IMG/VR virus record: IMGVR_UViG_3300045988_094716
Coordinates: 47,865-111,864 of that record
Source of the DNA: a virus
DNA: 64,000 nucleotides
Direction: 5' to 3' (one strand)
The position numbers were made by a program, and so were the translations under genes. The notes under the pieces are model-generated. The model had not been told where the DNA came from. It was given only the letters and a program-made list of their open reading frames with translations, and searched no databases. Positions 24,936 to 35,128 of the stretch are shown here, piece by piece (the stretch's first letter is position 1; each line of letters starts with the position of its first letter).

Positions 24936-25691
24936 TTGGAAAAAGAAACTAGTTTACATAATTTAAAACAAAATATTTCCACAGCGGGATTTGAAAGCCA
25001 TAGTCAGGATGCTCGATACACTCAGCAAGGTAATACAAGCCCAGCTTGTACGGCTCAATGGGGTACTGGTGGTAATAATATGCCGCTTGTCGCTGAAAAG
25101 AAAGCCTTTGCTATGCAGCGTATTGGTGAATATAAGGAAAACGAACAGGCCAGCACAATGAAATCTCGTGATTATAAAGATGCAACTGATCTTGTAGTTG
25201 AAGAGAAAGAGGTGAAATGTGCTGGATTTCCACTTGGATTTAGAGCAGAAAATACGAAATGCTACGATGAAGTGGCTACTACGCTTTGCAATGGTACGCG
25301 GCCTGGATTTACTACTGGATGTGTTCTCAATTGGATTGTTCGCCGCTTGACTCCTGTCGAGTGTGAACGGTTACAGGGTTTTCCTGATGGATGGACCGAT
25401 ATTGGCGAGTGGGTTGACGAGAATGGTAAAAAGCACAAGCCAGCTGATTCTCCTCGGTACAAGGCACTCGGTAATTCAATCGCTTTGCCTCAGTGGTATT
25501 GGATTTTCCAGAAAATGAAGCCGTATATCGGTGAAAATCCTACGCTTGGCAGTCTTTTCGATGGGATTGGTGGCTTTCCGCTTGTCTTTGAAAGTACGTA
25601 TGGTGATGGTACTGCTATCTGGGGATCTGAAATCGAACCGTTCTGCGTTGCAGTAACTAAGAAGCATTTTCCAGAAAAGCAAGGAGGATAA
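24936..25691 (+). CDS. C5-MTase segment: target-recognition region + motifs IX/X, followed by motifs I-III at its C-terminus (circular permutation); TTG start
   Basis: RRLTPVECERLQGFPDGWT...YKALGNSIALP (IX/X), then LFDGIGGF...SEIEPFCVAVTKKHFPE (I-III); AAGGAGGG RBS. Confidence 0.6.
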   Translation: MEKETSLHNLKQNISTAGFESHSQDARYTQQGNTSPACTAQWGTGGNNMPLVAEKKAFAMQRIGEYKENEQASTMKSRDYKDATDLVVEEKEVKCAGFPLGFRAENTKCYDEVATTLCNGTRPGFTTGCVLNWIVRRLTPVECERLQGFPDGWTDIGEWVDENGKKHKPADSPRYKALGNSIALPQWYWIFQKMKPYIGENPTLGSLFDGIGGFPLVFESTYGDGTAIWGSEIEPFCVAVTKKHFPEKQGG

Positions 25692-25692
25692 T

Positions 25693-26235
25693 TTGCCAGA
25701 AAACAAAGGATATTTAACAGCTGACCGATCTGCGGCAGGCGATGAGCGATACACACCGGTTTACGCGGTTATTCCATTGCTTGAATTTGCCCCCCCGTCG
25801 AGTGAAGCAGTGATTTGGTGTCCGTTTGATAAAGAGTGGTCTGCCTTTGTGAAGGTGTTCAGAGATGCTGGATATAAAGTAGAATGTAGCCACATTGATA
25901 ACGGGCAAGATTTCTTTACATATGAACCAGAAAATTGGGATGTTATAATTTCAAATCCTCCTTTTAGCAAGAAGGATGAAGTATTACGTAGGGCCTATGA
26001 ACTCGGAAAGCCGTTTGCTCTACTGCTTCCTGCAAATAGTATTCAGGGTAAGACGCGATTTGATATTTTCAAAAATGACGTACAGATGCTATGTTTTGAT
26101 TCTCGAATAGGATTCATGGACCCTAAACACGCAGACAGCCCTGTCGAGGGAGTGTCTTTTGGAAGTGCATACTTCTGTAGAAATTTTCTTCCCAGTAAGT
26201 TAGAGTTACGAAAACTTGATAAGAAAATCTCATAA
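25693..26235 (+). CDS. DNA N6-adenine methyltransferase, small phage Dam-like (NPPF motif); TTG start
   Basis: ERYTPVYAVIPL N-terminus, IISNPPFS catalytic motif; AAGGAGG RBS. Confidence 0.65.
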   Translation: MPENKGYLTADRSAAGDERYTPVYAVIPLLEFAPPSSEAVIWCPFDKEWSAFVKVFRDAGYKVECSHIDNGQDFFTYEPENWDVIISNPPFSKKDEVLRRAYELGKPFALLLPANSIQGKTRFDIFKNDVQMLCFDSRIGFMDPKHADSPVEGVSFGSAYFCRNFLPSKLELRKLDKKIS

Positions 26236-26263
26236 AAGGCTAATTCAAACAAGAGGTGACACG

Positions 26264-26494
26264 ATGAACAACAAAATTTCTATCAATGTAACCATTGATT
26301 CCGGTTCTTTGAGCCTTCCAGCAAGTCCTATCTTCCAAAAGGAAAAGAGCACATATCTTTGTCCGTTTTGTGTGACGAAGTTGGAGAAGCTTGAACCGAA
26401 ATGTCCAGAGTGTCAACATAAAATGGATTGGAGCGTGTGGATGGATAAGAATGCAAAGTACAATTATGCATTTGCTGAAAGTGGTGTGTTATGA
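26264..26494 (+). CDS. zinc-ribbon small protein (76 aa)
   Basis: CPFC...CPEC; ATG after GAGGTGA RBS. Confidence 0.45.
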   Translation: MNNKISINVTIDSGSLSLPASPIFQKEKSTYLCPFCVTKLEKLEPKCPECQHKMDWSVWMDKNAKYNYAFAESGVL

Positions 26495-26865
26495 AAGATT
26501 GGATGCACGCAAAGAAAAAAGAGATTGAGAACATGACTTTTGACCAAGCGAAGGAAATTGTAGAGAAACAAATTCGTCTTGGTAAAGAAGGAGGCCAGTG
26601 GTGCCCTCGTGAGCATTTAACAAAGGCTCTCGAAATTATCCTTTCAAAAGCTGAACTTTATGAGTTTAGAACAGATTACAAAGAGCCTCTTCTCGATGAC
26701 GTTTATAAACGTTATGAGTGCCCGGTTTGTTATTACACACTATCAAATCTTGATAACTTCTGTCCACGTTGCGGACAATTACTTGATTGGCGATTTGTAA
26801 GGCATTGGGAGAGAACGATTCGTCCCACGCTTGAAAGACTGCAGAAGTGGGAGGTGCAGGGTTGA
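26491..26865 (+). CDS. zinc-ribbon protein (124 aa)
   Basis: CPVC...CPRC. Confidence 0.45.
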   Translation: MKDWMHAKKKEIENMTFDQAKEIVEKQIRLGKEGGQWCPREHLTKALEIILSKAELYEFRTDYKEPLLDDVYKRYECPVCYYTLSNLDNFCPRCGQLLDWRFVRHWERTIRPTLERLQKWEVQG

Positions 26866-27140
26866 ATATAGATTTCTTCCAACGGCGTAAAACTCAGCTT
26901 GAAGATACACTTCTTTTGAAAAATCAGGCAGTCGATATGCTTGATTATCTAAAGACACATTGTATCAACAGCGACCAGTATTGTGCCATTCGAGATTACA
27001 TCGAAGAAGCTGCTAAGATTCTGGAAAGTGACCTCGAATACGCAAACAACAAGCTACAGTCTGCATTTAGAGCTAAGTATGGACGGAGCAACAGACTGAC
27101 TCGTGCTCAATCTAAGATGTTCCGTGATAGAGAATATTAA
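26847..27140 (+). CDS. hypothetical protein (start uncertain, GTG 26847 or TTG 26862)
   Basis: ORF with GGAGGTG RBS. Confidence 0.4.
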   Translation: MGGAGLNIDFFQRRKTQLEDTLLLKNQAVDMLDYLKTHCINSDQYCAIRDYIEEAAKILESDLEYANNKLQSAFRAKYGRSNRLTRAQSKMFRDREY

Positions 27141-27157
27141 AAATGGGGTAATGCCGT

Positions 27158-27370
27158 ATGAACACATGTAAAAAAATATGTAACTGGTGTGGTCGTGAAA
27201 TCAAGCCGATAGGTAGCGAGCAGGGAATCAGTTTTGAGCATCAATACTCTTATGGTAGCCAACTTGATGGTTTGTTTTTGAGTTTTGATTTGTGTCCTGA
27301 GTGTTCAGAACGGCTCCCAATAGTGCTCGGCGCAATGTTTGTACATAATCCCTTAAAGGACGATTTCTAA
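27158..27370 (+). CDS. zinc-ribbon small protein (70 aa)
   Basis: CNWCG...CPEC. Confidence 0.4.
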   Translation: MNTCKKICNWCGREIKPIGSEQGISFEHQYSYGSQLDGLFLSFDLCPECSERLPIVLGAMFVHNPLKDDF

Positions 27371-27515
27371 CGGTGAGTGCCGTATGAAATATAAGCCATC
27401 AGTAAGCCAAACGGAGGATAATACATAAAATGAATAGTGCATGAATTGACTCAAGACAATAAAAAGAAACATAAGTGATTGCAAATGAAACAAAATTACA
27501 TAAAGGAGACTTAAT

Positions 27516-28616
27516 ATGGCAGATAGAATTTTTAATCTTCCTCAAACCCGTGGTTCTTTTGAGATGGCTGGTAAGGTCACCGGCACCCAGCGTAGTAACT
27601 TCTATAACGAGAAGGAGACTAAGAGTGGTGCTATGCGCCGTGTCCTGAGCTTTGGCGTTCAGACTTCCAATAAAAATACTTTCTATGTTGATCTGGCTGG
27701 TATGCCTCGTGATAAGGTTTATTTCTTCCGCCGTGCCGATAAGGACAAGGGCATCGAGAAGGATAAGAAGGAAGTCGCTTGGAAGGATCGCCTGACTTAT
27801 GTTGCACCGGAAGGCTATGACATGATTGGCGTTAAGGTCGGTGTTACCAAGAAGACGAATGAGTCTGGTAAGGTTATCAACGACAACAAGACTCTGACCG
27901 ACTTCGATGCAGCTAAGGAAATCTCTGAGAATCTGCATGACGGTGACAATGTGTATGTCCGTGGCAACATCGAGTACAGCACTTATAACGGAAAGCACCA
28001 AATTCGCTTTGTTCCTACTCAGGTTTCTCTGAGCTCTAAGGAAATTGACTTTGACGCAGAGGGTTTCGAGGAGCTGGCTCTGTTTACTCAGACCATTGTT
28101 TACACTGGTTGTCGCAAGAGCGATGAGTGCGATGAGGTAGTTGTCGATGCAAAGATCGTGAATTACAACACCATCGAGGATGCAGAATTCTTCATTGACT
28201 ATAAGGCAAACACTCAGAATAAGGTTCTGGCTGATTCTATTCGCAAGCGTCTGAAGCCCTACACCAGTTTCGAGTGCTTTGGTCCCGTCGTTAATCAGCA
28301 GAAGGTTGAGGAAGTTGAGACTGAGAATATCTGGGGTGGTCCTAACAAGATGAAGCGTCAGGGCACTCCGGCAGTTCGCAAGCTGTATATCGAGGGTGTT
28401 AATCCTGATTCCTTTGATCCGAATCCTGGCGATAAGGATGCGGAGCCCACTTATACTGAGGACAATATCTCCGAGGCACGTGCAAAGATTGCTGCTAACA
28501 CTCAGGCCAAGAAGGACTTCGATGGAAAGGCTGCTGAGAATGATACTTCTTGGTGGGGCGGTTCCAACAAGTCTACTGCAACTCCTGCAAATGAGGAAGA
28601 GGACGACTGGGGTTAA
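27516..28616 (+). CDS. putative ssDNA-binding protein with acidic C-terminal tail (366 aa)
   Basis: sits next to the Sak4-like ATPase; C-terminus ANEEEDDWG; GC-enriched codon usage. Confidence 0.4.
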   Translation: MADRIFNLPQTRGSFEMAGKVTGTQRSNFYNEKETKSGAMRRVLSFGVQTSNKNTFYVDLAGMPRDKVYFFRRADKDKGIEKDKKEVAWKDRLTYVAPEGYDMIGVKVGVTKKTNESGKVINDNKTLTDFDAAKEISENLHDGDNVYVRGNIEYSTYNGKHQIRFVPTQVSLSSKEIDFDAEGFEELALFTQTIVYTGCRKSDECDEVVVDAKIVNYNTIEDAEFFIDYKANTQNKVLADSIRKRLKPYTSFECFGPVVNQQKVEEVETENIWGGPNKMKRQGTPAVRKLYIEGVNPDSFDPNPGDKDAEPTYTEDNISEARAKIAANTQAKKDFDGKAAENDTSWWGGSNKSTATPANEEEDDWG

Positions 28617-28665
28617 TTTGTTTTAGCCTTAGCTATACAATACAGAATATATAAGGAGTTTAGTT

Positions 28666-28959
28666 ATGCAGAATACTCTTGAATATACCGCTTATAATGG
28701 CATGAAATTTTACATTGTCTACATCGAAGCGCTTGAAAAGGAACCTGAAGAAGACTCTCCGATGATGTCTATTGTGTTTACTACGCATCCTGAGATTATT
28801 GCAGAAGCTAAAGCCGACGCGGAATGCGATGGTGGTGCTGTTCCGGTAGGGTGTAAAGACCTTCTGGTTAATAGTGTGGATAACATCACCCGTCAGTTGG
28901 ATTATGTTGCTCATGCAGTTGAAACGGGCGATCCGTGGTATGAGTGTTTGAAAGTTTAA
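28666..28959 (+). CDS. hypothetical acidic protein (97 aa)
   Basis: ORF with AAGGAG RBS. Confidence 0.45.
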   Translation: MQNTLEYTAYNGMKFYIVYIEALEKEPEEDSPMMSIVFTTHPEIIAEAKADAECDGGAVPVGCKDLLVNSVDNITRQLDYVAHAVETGDPWYECLKV

Positions 28960-28992
28960 TAAAAGAAAAGATTTAGAGAGGAATTTACATAT

Positions 28993-30141
28993 ATGGCTAT
29001 GATTCGTAAGGCATCTGCTGTTCGTAAGAAGCTTCATATGCTGATTTATGGCGAACAGGGAACTGGTAAGTCTCGTACTGCTATGCAGCTGTGCTATTTG
29101 AAGAATGCAGACGGTAAGCCGTTCCGTGTTCTGTATTTGGATACCGAAAATGGTTCTATTGATAATTACACCGAGGAGCTGGAAGCCAATGGTGTGAATC
29201 CTGATAATCTGTTGATTGTTTACACCCAGTCTCTGGCAGAAGTTCAGGATTATATCAAGATGGTTACCAACGATGAGGATATCGAGGATGAGAATGGAGA
29301 TGTTTATCTGGATGCAGATGGTAAGCCGTTCCGTGCAGACGCTCTGGTTGTTGACTCCGCTTCCATCCTCAAGATGACTGCTACCCAGGGCCTCACCGCC
29401 TTCTCGCAGAAGCGTGCCAAGGTTAAGGCCGCATCTCAGGGTCTGACCGGTGATGAAAAGGCAGTTAAGATTGAGGGTGCTGGCATGGAGCTCAAGGATT
29501 TCAATACCCTGAACTTCAAGGGTCAGTCTCTGATTTTGGATCTGAATGCATCTGGTGTAAACTACATCGTTGTTTGCCGAGAGAAGGACGAGAAGCATAC
29601 TAAGGTTGTGAATGGTTCTATCGTAAGTGAGCCTACTGGTCGTAAGATTCCTGATGGGTTTGCTGGTCAGGAGTACAACGTTGATACTGAGTTCCGCCTG
29701 TATTTTCAGGATGGTCAGCAGCTCGCTTTCTTCGATAAGGATCGTACCGGTATGCATAAGGGCGGTGAGGTCGTTGAGGATCTGACCCTGCTTGAGTATC
29801 AGGATATTATCTCTAGTAGCGCAAAGAATCGGGAGAACGTCATCAAGAACGGCTTAAACGATGCTGTTAAGACTGAGGTTAAGCTGAGTATGCGTGACCT
29901 TGGTATCGAAAACGATGAGCCGGATGATGTTCCGGCAGATAAGAGTTCCGATAGTAAAGAGCCTTCTATGGATGACATCAAGGCAAAGCTGAACGACCTG
30001 ATTGCTTCCGCTTCTCCTGTGAAGAAGAGCGCAGCACAGAAGGCTGTTAAGGCGGCTGGCCTGTCTACTGCATTCCGTTCTATGACTGATATTGAGGAAC
30101 TGAAGAAGGTCGCCGCAGTCATGGAGAAGGAACTGGCTTAA
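28993..30141 (+). CDS. Sak4-like / AAA_24-family RecA-like ATPase
   Basis: Walker A GEQGTGKS and LYLDTENG motif. Confidence 0.6.
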   Translation: MAMIRKASAVRKKLHMLIYGEQGTGKSRTAMQLCYLKNADGKPFRVLYLDTENGSIDNYTEELEANGVNPDNLLIVYTQSLAEVQDYIKMVTNDEDIEDENGDVYLDADGKPFRADALVVDSASILKMTATQGLTAFSQKRAKVKAASQGLTGDEKAVKIEGAGMELKDFNTLNFKGQSLILDLNASGVNYIVVCREKDEKHTKVVNGSIVSEPTGRKIPDGFAGQEYNVDTEFRLYFQDGQQLAFFDKDRTGMHKGGEVVEDLTLLEYQDIISSSAKNRENVIKNGLNDAVKTEVKLSMRDLGIENDEPDDVPADKSSDSKEPSMDDIKAKLNDLIASASPVKKSAAQKAVKAAGLSTAFRSMTDIEELKKVAAVMEKELA

Positions 30142-30833
30142 TGGAACTAACCCGTAAATGCAAGATTTGCGGGAAGAACATTTTCATCGAGCGAGACCGT
30201 AGCACGTTTTTCTACGACAAGACTGGTTTTTACCATAAGGATTGTTTTGTAGAAAAAAAGAAAAATCAAAAACGCCCTTGGACAGATGACCTGCTAAGGG
30301 CATTTTTTGACAAAGTGAATGACACTACGGATAAAAAGGTCGATGATCTTCTTTCCAAAAAGAGAGAGCAAGACAAAAATCGTGAGCTTGCTCATATCAA
30401 ACAGGAAGAGAAAAAGATTCTTTTCGACCATATTCGAGATACATACGCCCCGGCGGTTGTTCCTGGTAGCTTCTACTCGAAACTTACGCAGCTGATTTCC
30501 GGTAATTATTACAAATATAGAGGTTCTATTCCTCCGCTAGAACTTTACGATATGTGGGTTCTAGCGAAACCCCGACTAGATAAGATAGTTGCCGAGAAAG
30601 AAGCAAAGGGTTGCGATATGAGTCAGCGATGGAATTACGATTTGGCTGTTTTGCTGGCGCAATATCCTAGTTATCTCGAACGAAAAGAAAAATTAGCTTC
30701 GATTCGCAGTGAAAGCGAAGACAAAACGAAGGAAAATCTGACTGAAACGGTACTGAAACGTATGAAAACAGCACCGAAACAGAGTAAAAACGAGAATGAA
30801 ATTGATATAAGTGCAATTCTCGATGAGATATAA
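30141..30833 (+). CDS. hypothetical protein with N-terminal zinc finger (230 aa)
   Basis: CKICGKN...HKDC. Confidence 0.45.
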   Translation: MELTRKCKICGKNIFIERDRSTFFYDKTGFYHKDCFVEKKKNQKRPWTDDLLRAFFDKVNDTTDKKVDDLLSKKREQDKNRELAHIKQEEKKILFDHIRDTYAPAVVPGSFYSKLTQLISGNYYKYRGSIPPLELYDMWVLAKPRLDKIVAEKEAKGCDMSQRWNYDLAVLLAQYPSYLERKEKLASIRSESEDKTKENLTETVLKRMKTAPKQSKNENEIDISAILDEI

Positions 30834-30850
30834 AAGAGGGAGGTGGATGA

Positions 30851-32374
30851 GTGGAACTCATTTCAAATATCCCGAATGAAATTTTATTTGTTGGCGCAAT
30901 TTACAAGCATCCTGACTCTTTGGTCGAGTATGGGCATTATGTCAAGAGCAAGTACGATTTTGCCGATGAAGCAACAAAATTTTTCTACGATGCAGCGTTA
31001 ATTATTTATGAAACTCGGACTCAAGAATTTAATAAAACGTCTGTTTTAACGTTTATGGCTGAAGATGAGTCCAGATTGTCCCAATACAAGCGGCTGAAGG
31101 GCTGGTCAACCATTGAATACTACATGAGCCTTGCGAATGACGATGATATCAAGGGATATTTCAATATTCTGAAGAAATATTCGCTACTTCGTGAGTATCA
31201 GAGAAACGGATTTAACATTGAAGGAATCTTGAAGCATCGACAGTTTGAAATGTTTGGTGCTCAGGACATTTACAAATTGATTCGTGGCAAGGCCGACAAG
31301 ATCAATACGGTTATCATTACAAACGATGATGCTGAGATTTTGAATAACGGTCTGTTGCCGATGGTCAATGAACGTCTGAGCGTTCCTGATATGGGCTTGC
31401 CGTTCCAGTACCCAATCATGAATGATTTGTTCCGAGGATTGAAGCTGGGTACTGTGATGTTCAATGGTATGCCATCTAACGCTGGCAAGACTAGATACAT
31501 GATGGCGATTGTTGCTTACGTCACATTGGTTCAAAAGCAGAAAGCTCTTCTGCTGCTGAATGAGATGGATCTTGAATCCGTCCGGTATTGCTTGCTAGTC
31601 ACTGCCATCAATAATCCTGAGTTTCAAGAGTTGCATGGTCATCGCTTTCACAAGGATGAACGAGAAATCACCCTTGGAATGTACCGAGATGCAAATGGAA
31701 ACTTCATCTTCCGAAAGCAAAACGAAGACGGGGAATACATAGAAAGCATTGATGAATTCACAGCTCGCGTCTATGAGGAAAGCGAAGAGTATCGCAATGT
31801 GCTTGATGTTTGCCAGTGGATTGAGAGCGAATCACAAGGCTTGATTATCGCAAAAGATGTTTCTGCTGATTATAGTGACAAGTCCCTACGATTTGAAATC
31901 CAGAAGGCAGTTCTCACTCAGGGAGTTAAGTATGTGTTCTACGATACTCTAAAGAACGACATCGCTTCGATTGGTGAATGGGCAGCGTTCAAGGTCACGG
32001 CCACAGAGCTTGAAGAGATTGCGAAAAACCTGAAGATCTTTATCTATGGCAGTATTCAGTTGGCTGAAAATGCTCATGAGTATCTTCCTGATGAGCTGAA
32101 TTCAAACAACATTGCTGAGTCAAAAATGATTAAGCATGTTGCTTGGACGATGGTTCTATTCAAGGAAATTCCGAAAGATAAATTCGCAAAGTATCAATAC
32201 ATCTCTCATGACCCTGAGTGGGGCGGTGACTGTGCCCATCGGCTGAATCCAGATAAGCGGTATTACGTTGGAAACATCGATAAAAACCGTTTTGGTGAGA
32301 AAAAGAAAATCATGTTTGAAGTGAATTTGAACCAGAATGTCTGGAAAGAGGTCGGTGTCTGCACCAGAAAGTAA
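30851..32374 (+). CDS. dnaB: DnaB-like replicative DNA helicase (GTG start)
   Basis: DnaB-like N-terminal domain followed by P-loop GMPSNAGKT. Confidence 0.6.
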   Translation: MELISNIPNEILFVGAIYKHPDSLVEYGHYVKSKYDFADEATKFFYDAALIIYETRTQEFNKTSVLTFMAEDESRLSQYKRLKGWSTIEYYMSLANDDDIKGYFNILKKYSLLREYQRNGFNIEGILKHRQFEMFGAQDIYKLIRGKADKINTVIITNDDAEILNNGLLPMVNERLSVPDMGLPFQYPIMNDLFRGLKLGTVMFNGMPSNAGKTRYMMAIVAYVTLVQKQKALLLLNEMDLESVRYCLLVTAINNPEFQELHGHRFHKDEREITLGMYRDANGNFIFRKQNEDGEYIESIDEFTARVYEESEEYRNVLDVCQWIESESQGLIIAKDVSADYSDKSLRFEIQKAVLTQGVKYVFYDTLKNDIASIGEWAAFKVTATELEEIAKNLKIFIYGSIQLAENAHEYLPDELNSNNIAESKMIKHVAWTMVLFKEIPKDKFAKYQYISHDPEWGGDCAHRLNPDKRYYVGNIDKNRFGEKKKIMFEVNLNQNVWKEVGVCTRK

Positions 32375-32383
32375 GGAACTACA

Positions 32384-33406
32384 ATGGTAAATATCGCAGA
32401 TTTGAAAAATTACATTCTTGAAGAACAGCAGATTGAGCCGATTCTGGAAGAGCTTGGGTGTCATCATATTAGTCACAAAGCTGGGTATTACCAGTGTGCA
32501 AATCCAGATGGCGACAATAGAACGGCACTCTGTATCTACGAGAATGAAAATCTTACTGCGGTAGATTACACACGAGACATTGTCAATGGAAAGACCAGCT
32601 ATGATTTGATTTCTGTCGTTCAGTTTTTTCTGGAACTGTCTTTCCCAAAAGCCATCAAGCAAATCTGTGAATGGGTTGGGCTTGACTACTATCACAACTT
32701 TGAGGAAGACCTTCCTAAAAGTATGTTGGTTCTAAAAGAGCTCATCGCCATGCAAAATGAAGGTGAAGAACACGAGGATGACCGTCCGATAGTCCCCATC
32801 TCCGAAGCCATCCTCGGTTATTACAAACCTTATGTTAACCAGATTTTTGCTGACGATGGGATATCTTACGAGACACAGCGGGAGTTTGAGATTGGCTTTG
32901 ATGAACTGACAAATAGAATCACGATTCCAATCAGAGATGAAATTGGTACTCTGGTTGGTGTAAAGGGAAGATATTTTGGTAAGCCGCCTGAAGGTGAATT
33001 AAAGTATCTATATCTTGAGCCGTGTGCCAGAAACCGTATTCTGTATGGCCTGTATAAGACAGAGCCGTATATTAAGAATAAAGGTCTGGTATATGTTGGT
33101 GAAGCTGAAAAGTCTGTCATGCAGATGTGGAACATGGATGTCTGCAACTGTGTGGCGACTGGCGGGAAGAAGGTTTCACAAAATCAAATTGAAATTTTGA
33201 CACGTCTTTGCGTTGATATTTGTTTCGTCTTTGATAAAGACGTTCAGCTTAGTGAGCTTATGGTTCTCGCCAATCGATTCGTCGATGGCGTAAGTGTGTA
33301 TGCTGTAGTAGATGATAAGGGGATTCTGGATGAAAAGGAAGCCCCAACTGACAATTCTGAAAAATTTAAGGTATTGATTGAGAACTGCGTTAGGAGAATT
33401 AAATGA
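32384..33406 (+). CDS. dnaG: DNA primase (zinc-binding + TOPRIM)
   Basis: CHHISHK...YQCANP zinc motif; TOPRIM YVGEAEKSV ... VFDKDV. Confidence 0.6.
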   Translation: MVNIADLKNYILEEQQIEPILEELGCHHISHKAGYYQCANPDGDNRTALCIYENENLTAVDYTRDIVNGKTSYDLISVVQFFLELSFPKAIKQICEWVGLDYYHNFEEDLPKSMLVLKELIAMQNEGEEHEDDRPIVPISEAILGYYKPYVNQIFADDGISYETQREFEIGFDELTNRITIPIRDEIGTLVGVKGRYFGKPPEGELKYLYLEPCARNRILYGLYKTEPYIKNKGLVYVGEAEKSVMQMWNMDVCNCVATGGKKVSQNQIEILTRLCVDICFVFDKDVQLSELMVLANRFVDGVSVYAVVDDKGILDEKEAPTDNSEKFKVLIENCVRRIK

Positions 33407-35127
33407 ATGTAAAACTCTGGAAGGGAAGTAGGAACGACCTATCGGACCCGATTAGAACAATTATGGAGAACAGAGGGGTTGAAGATTATAAGACCTACAT
33501 GAACCTAGATGATTCTTGTCTGAATTCTCCGTGGGAACTGGACAACATGGAAGATGCTGTCAGGCTATTAAATAAGCACATCTGGAATAAGTCTATTATC
33601 TCTATCCTTGTAGACTGTGATGTGGATGGCTTCACAAGTGCTTCAATGATGTTTCAGTATTTAAAGACGATTGGTTATTTTGGAAAAATCAATGTTCTGC
33701 ATCATAGTGGAAAGGAGCATGGGCTCTCTAAAGAAATTGAGGTTCCACCTGAAACTACATTGCTGATTATTCCTGATGCTGGCAGCAACGATGTTGAACA
33801 GTGTAAGGAACTCCGCGAAAATGGCATTGATATTCTGATTCTTGACCATCACATCTGCGACAGAGAGAATCCTTACGCAGTAATCGTCAACAACCAGAAC
33901 GGTGTATATCCTAATAAGGAATTGTCTGGCGCTGGCGTGGTGTATAAGTTTCTTCAGGCTGTTGATGAATATAATTGGACTGATGTTGCAGACCGGTATC
34001 TTGATCTGGTGGCAGTCGGAAACATCGGTGATGTCATGGATATGCGCTCGTATGAGACAAAGCGCCTTTGCACGAAAGGTCTGGCACGAATTGTAAATCC
34101 GATGATTTGTGCTTTGGTTGAGGCGAATAGCTTCAACATCAAGGGTGACCCGACTATCAATGATGTTCAGTTCTACGTTGTTCCGATGATGAACGCACTG
34201 ATTCGTGTTGGCTCATCCGAGCAAAAGAAGCGAATGTTCCGTGCGATGATCGGAGAGGAACAGACCTTCCAGTATACTCCGACTCGTGGCAAGAATGCCG
34301 GTGTCACGATTGATGAGACTCTGGCGCAACATGTAGCTCGTGAGTGTTCGTCTTGCAAGTATCAGCAAAATAAAATGAGGGACAAAGCAATCCCGGAACT
34401 TCAAGAGGCCATCAAGAGAAACGGAGCAGACAAGAGCAAGGTTCTTTTTTGTGACTCTACAGGAGTATTGGATAGCCGATTGACTGGCGTGGTGGCTATT
34501 AAGTTGGCAGAAATGTATAGTCGCCCGTGTGTGTTACTTCGAGATTTTGCTGATGAGCCTGATGTTTATGGCGGTTCAATGCGAAATCCAGATGGATCTC
34601 CGATTGAAGATTTCAAAAAGTTTTTAACAAATACCGGAGATTTTGAATCCGTTTCTGGGCATGAAAATGCAGCTGGCGTAAGAATCAAAAAAGAAAATAT
34701 CTTTAAAGCTATTACAGATTGTGATGAATTGCTAAAGGATACCGTGATGGATAATGCCACAGTATTTGATTTTGTATTTGATTACGACCAGCTTGGTATT
34801 GCACTTATTAAGAAAATGCATGAAATGCAGAAGGTATGGGCACCAGGTATTCCTGAGCCACTGTTTCTTATTCAGAAGATTCCGCTTACTCATGATAGTT
34901 GCAAGCCAATGGGAAAGAACGGAAATATGTGGCGGTTCAGCGACGAAGAGAAGGGTATTGATTTTGTGTGCTTTGCAGATAATGGCCGGATGATTGGCTG
35001 GATCAATAATGACTTCTATGGTGGTCAGGAAGAGAAATATATCAATGCTGTATGTCGGTTATCTTTAAATCAGTACGGAAACAAAGTAACTCCGCAGGCG
35101 CAGATTGTTGATTTTGAGGTGATTTGA
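33403..35127 (+). CDS. recJ: RecJ-like DHH-family ssDNA exonuclease
   Basis: motif I LVDCDVDGFTS, DHH motif LILDHHI, DHHA1-like SGHENAAG. Confidence 0.7.
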   Translation: MNVKLWKGSRNDLSDPIRTIMENRGVEDYKTYMNLDDSCLNSPWELDNMEDAVRLLNKHIWNKSIISILVDCDVDGFTSASMMFQYLKTIGYFGKINVLHHSGKEHGLSKEIEVPPETTLLIIPDAGSNDVEQCKELRENGIDILILDHHICDRENPYAVIVNNQNGVYPNKELSGAGVVYKFLQAVDEYNWTDVADRYLDLVAVGNIGDVMDMRSYETKRLCTKGLARIVNPMICALVEANSFNIKGDPTINDVQFYVVPMMNALIRVGSSEQKKRMFRAMIGEEQTFQYTPTRGKNAGVTIDETLAQHVARECSSCKYQQNKMRDKAIPELQEAIKRNGADKSKVLFCDSTGVLDSRLTGVVAIKLAEMYSRPCVLLRDFADEPDVYGGSMRNPDGSPIEDFKKFLTNTGDFESVSGHENAAGVRIKKENIFKAITDCDELLKDTVMDNATVFDFVFDYDQLGIALIKKMHEMQKVWAPGIPEPLFLIQKIPLTHDSCKPMGKNGNMWRFSDEEKGIDFVCFADNGRMIGWINNDFYGGQEEKYINAVCRLSLNQYGNKVTPQAQIVDFEVI

Positions 35128-35128
35128 T

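Noticed and set aside
28660-29757. Long minus-strand ORFs (for example 28660-29757 365 aa, 18536-19417 293 aa, 11687-12316 209 aa)
   Set aside because: They lie antisense to well-supported + strand genes (Sak4-like ATPase, the large GC-rich ORF, early genes). They lack an RBS and have low-complexity Leu/Ser-rich translations typical of shadow ORFs.
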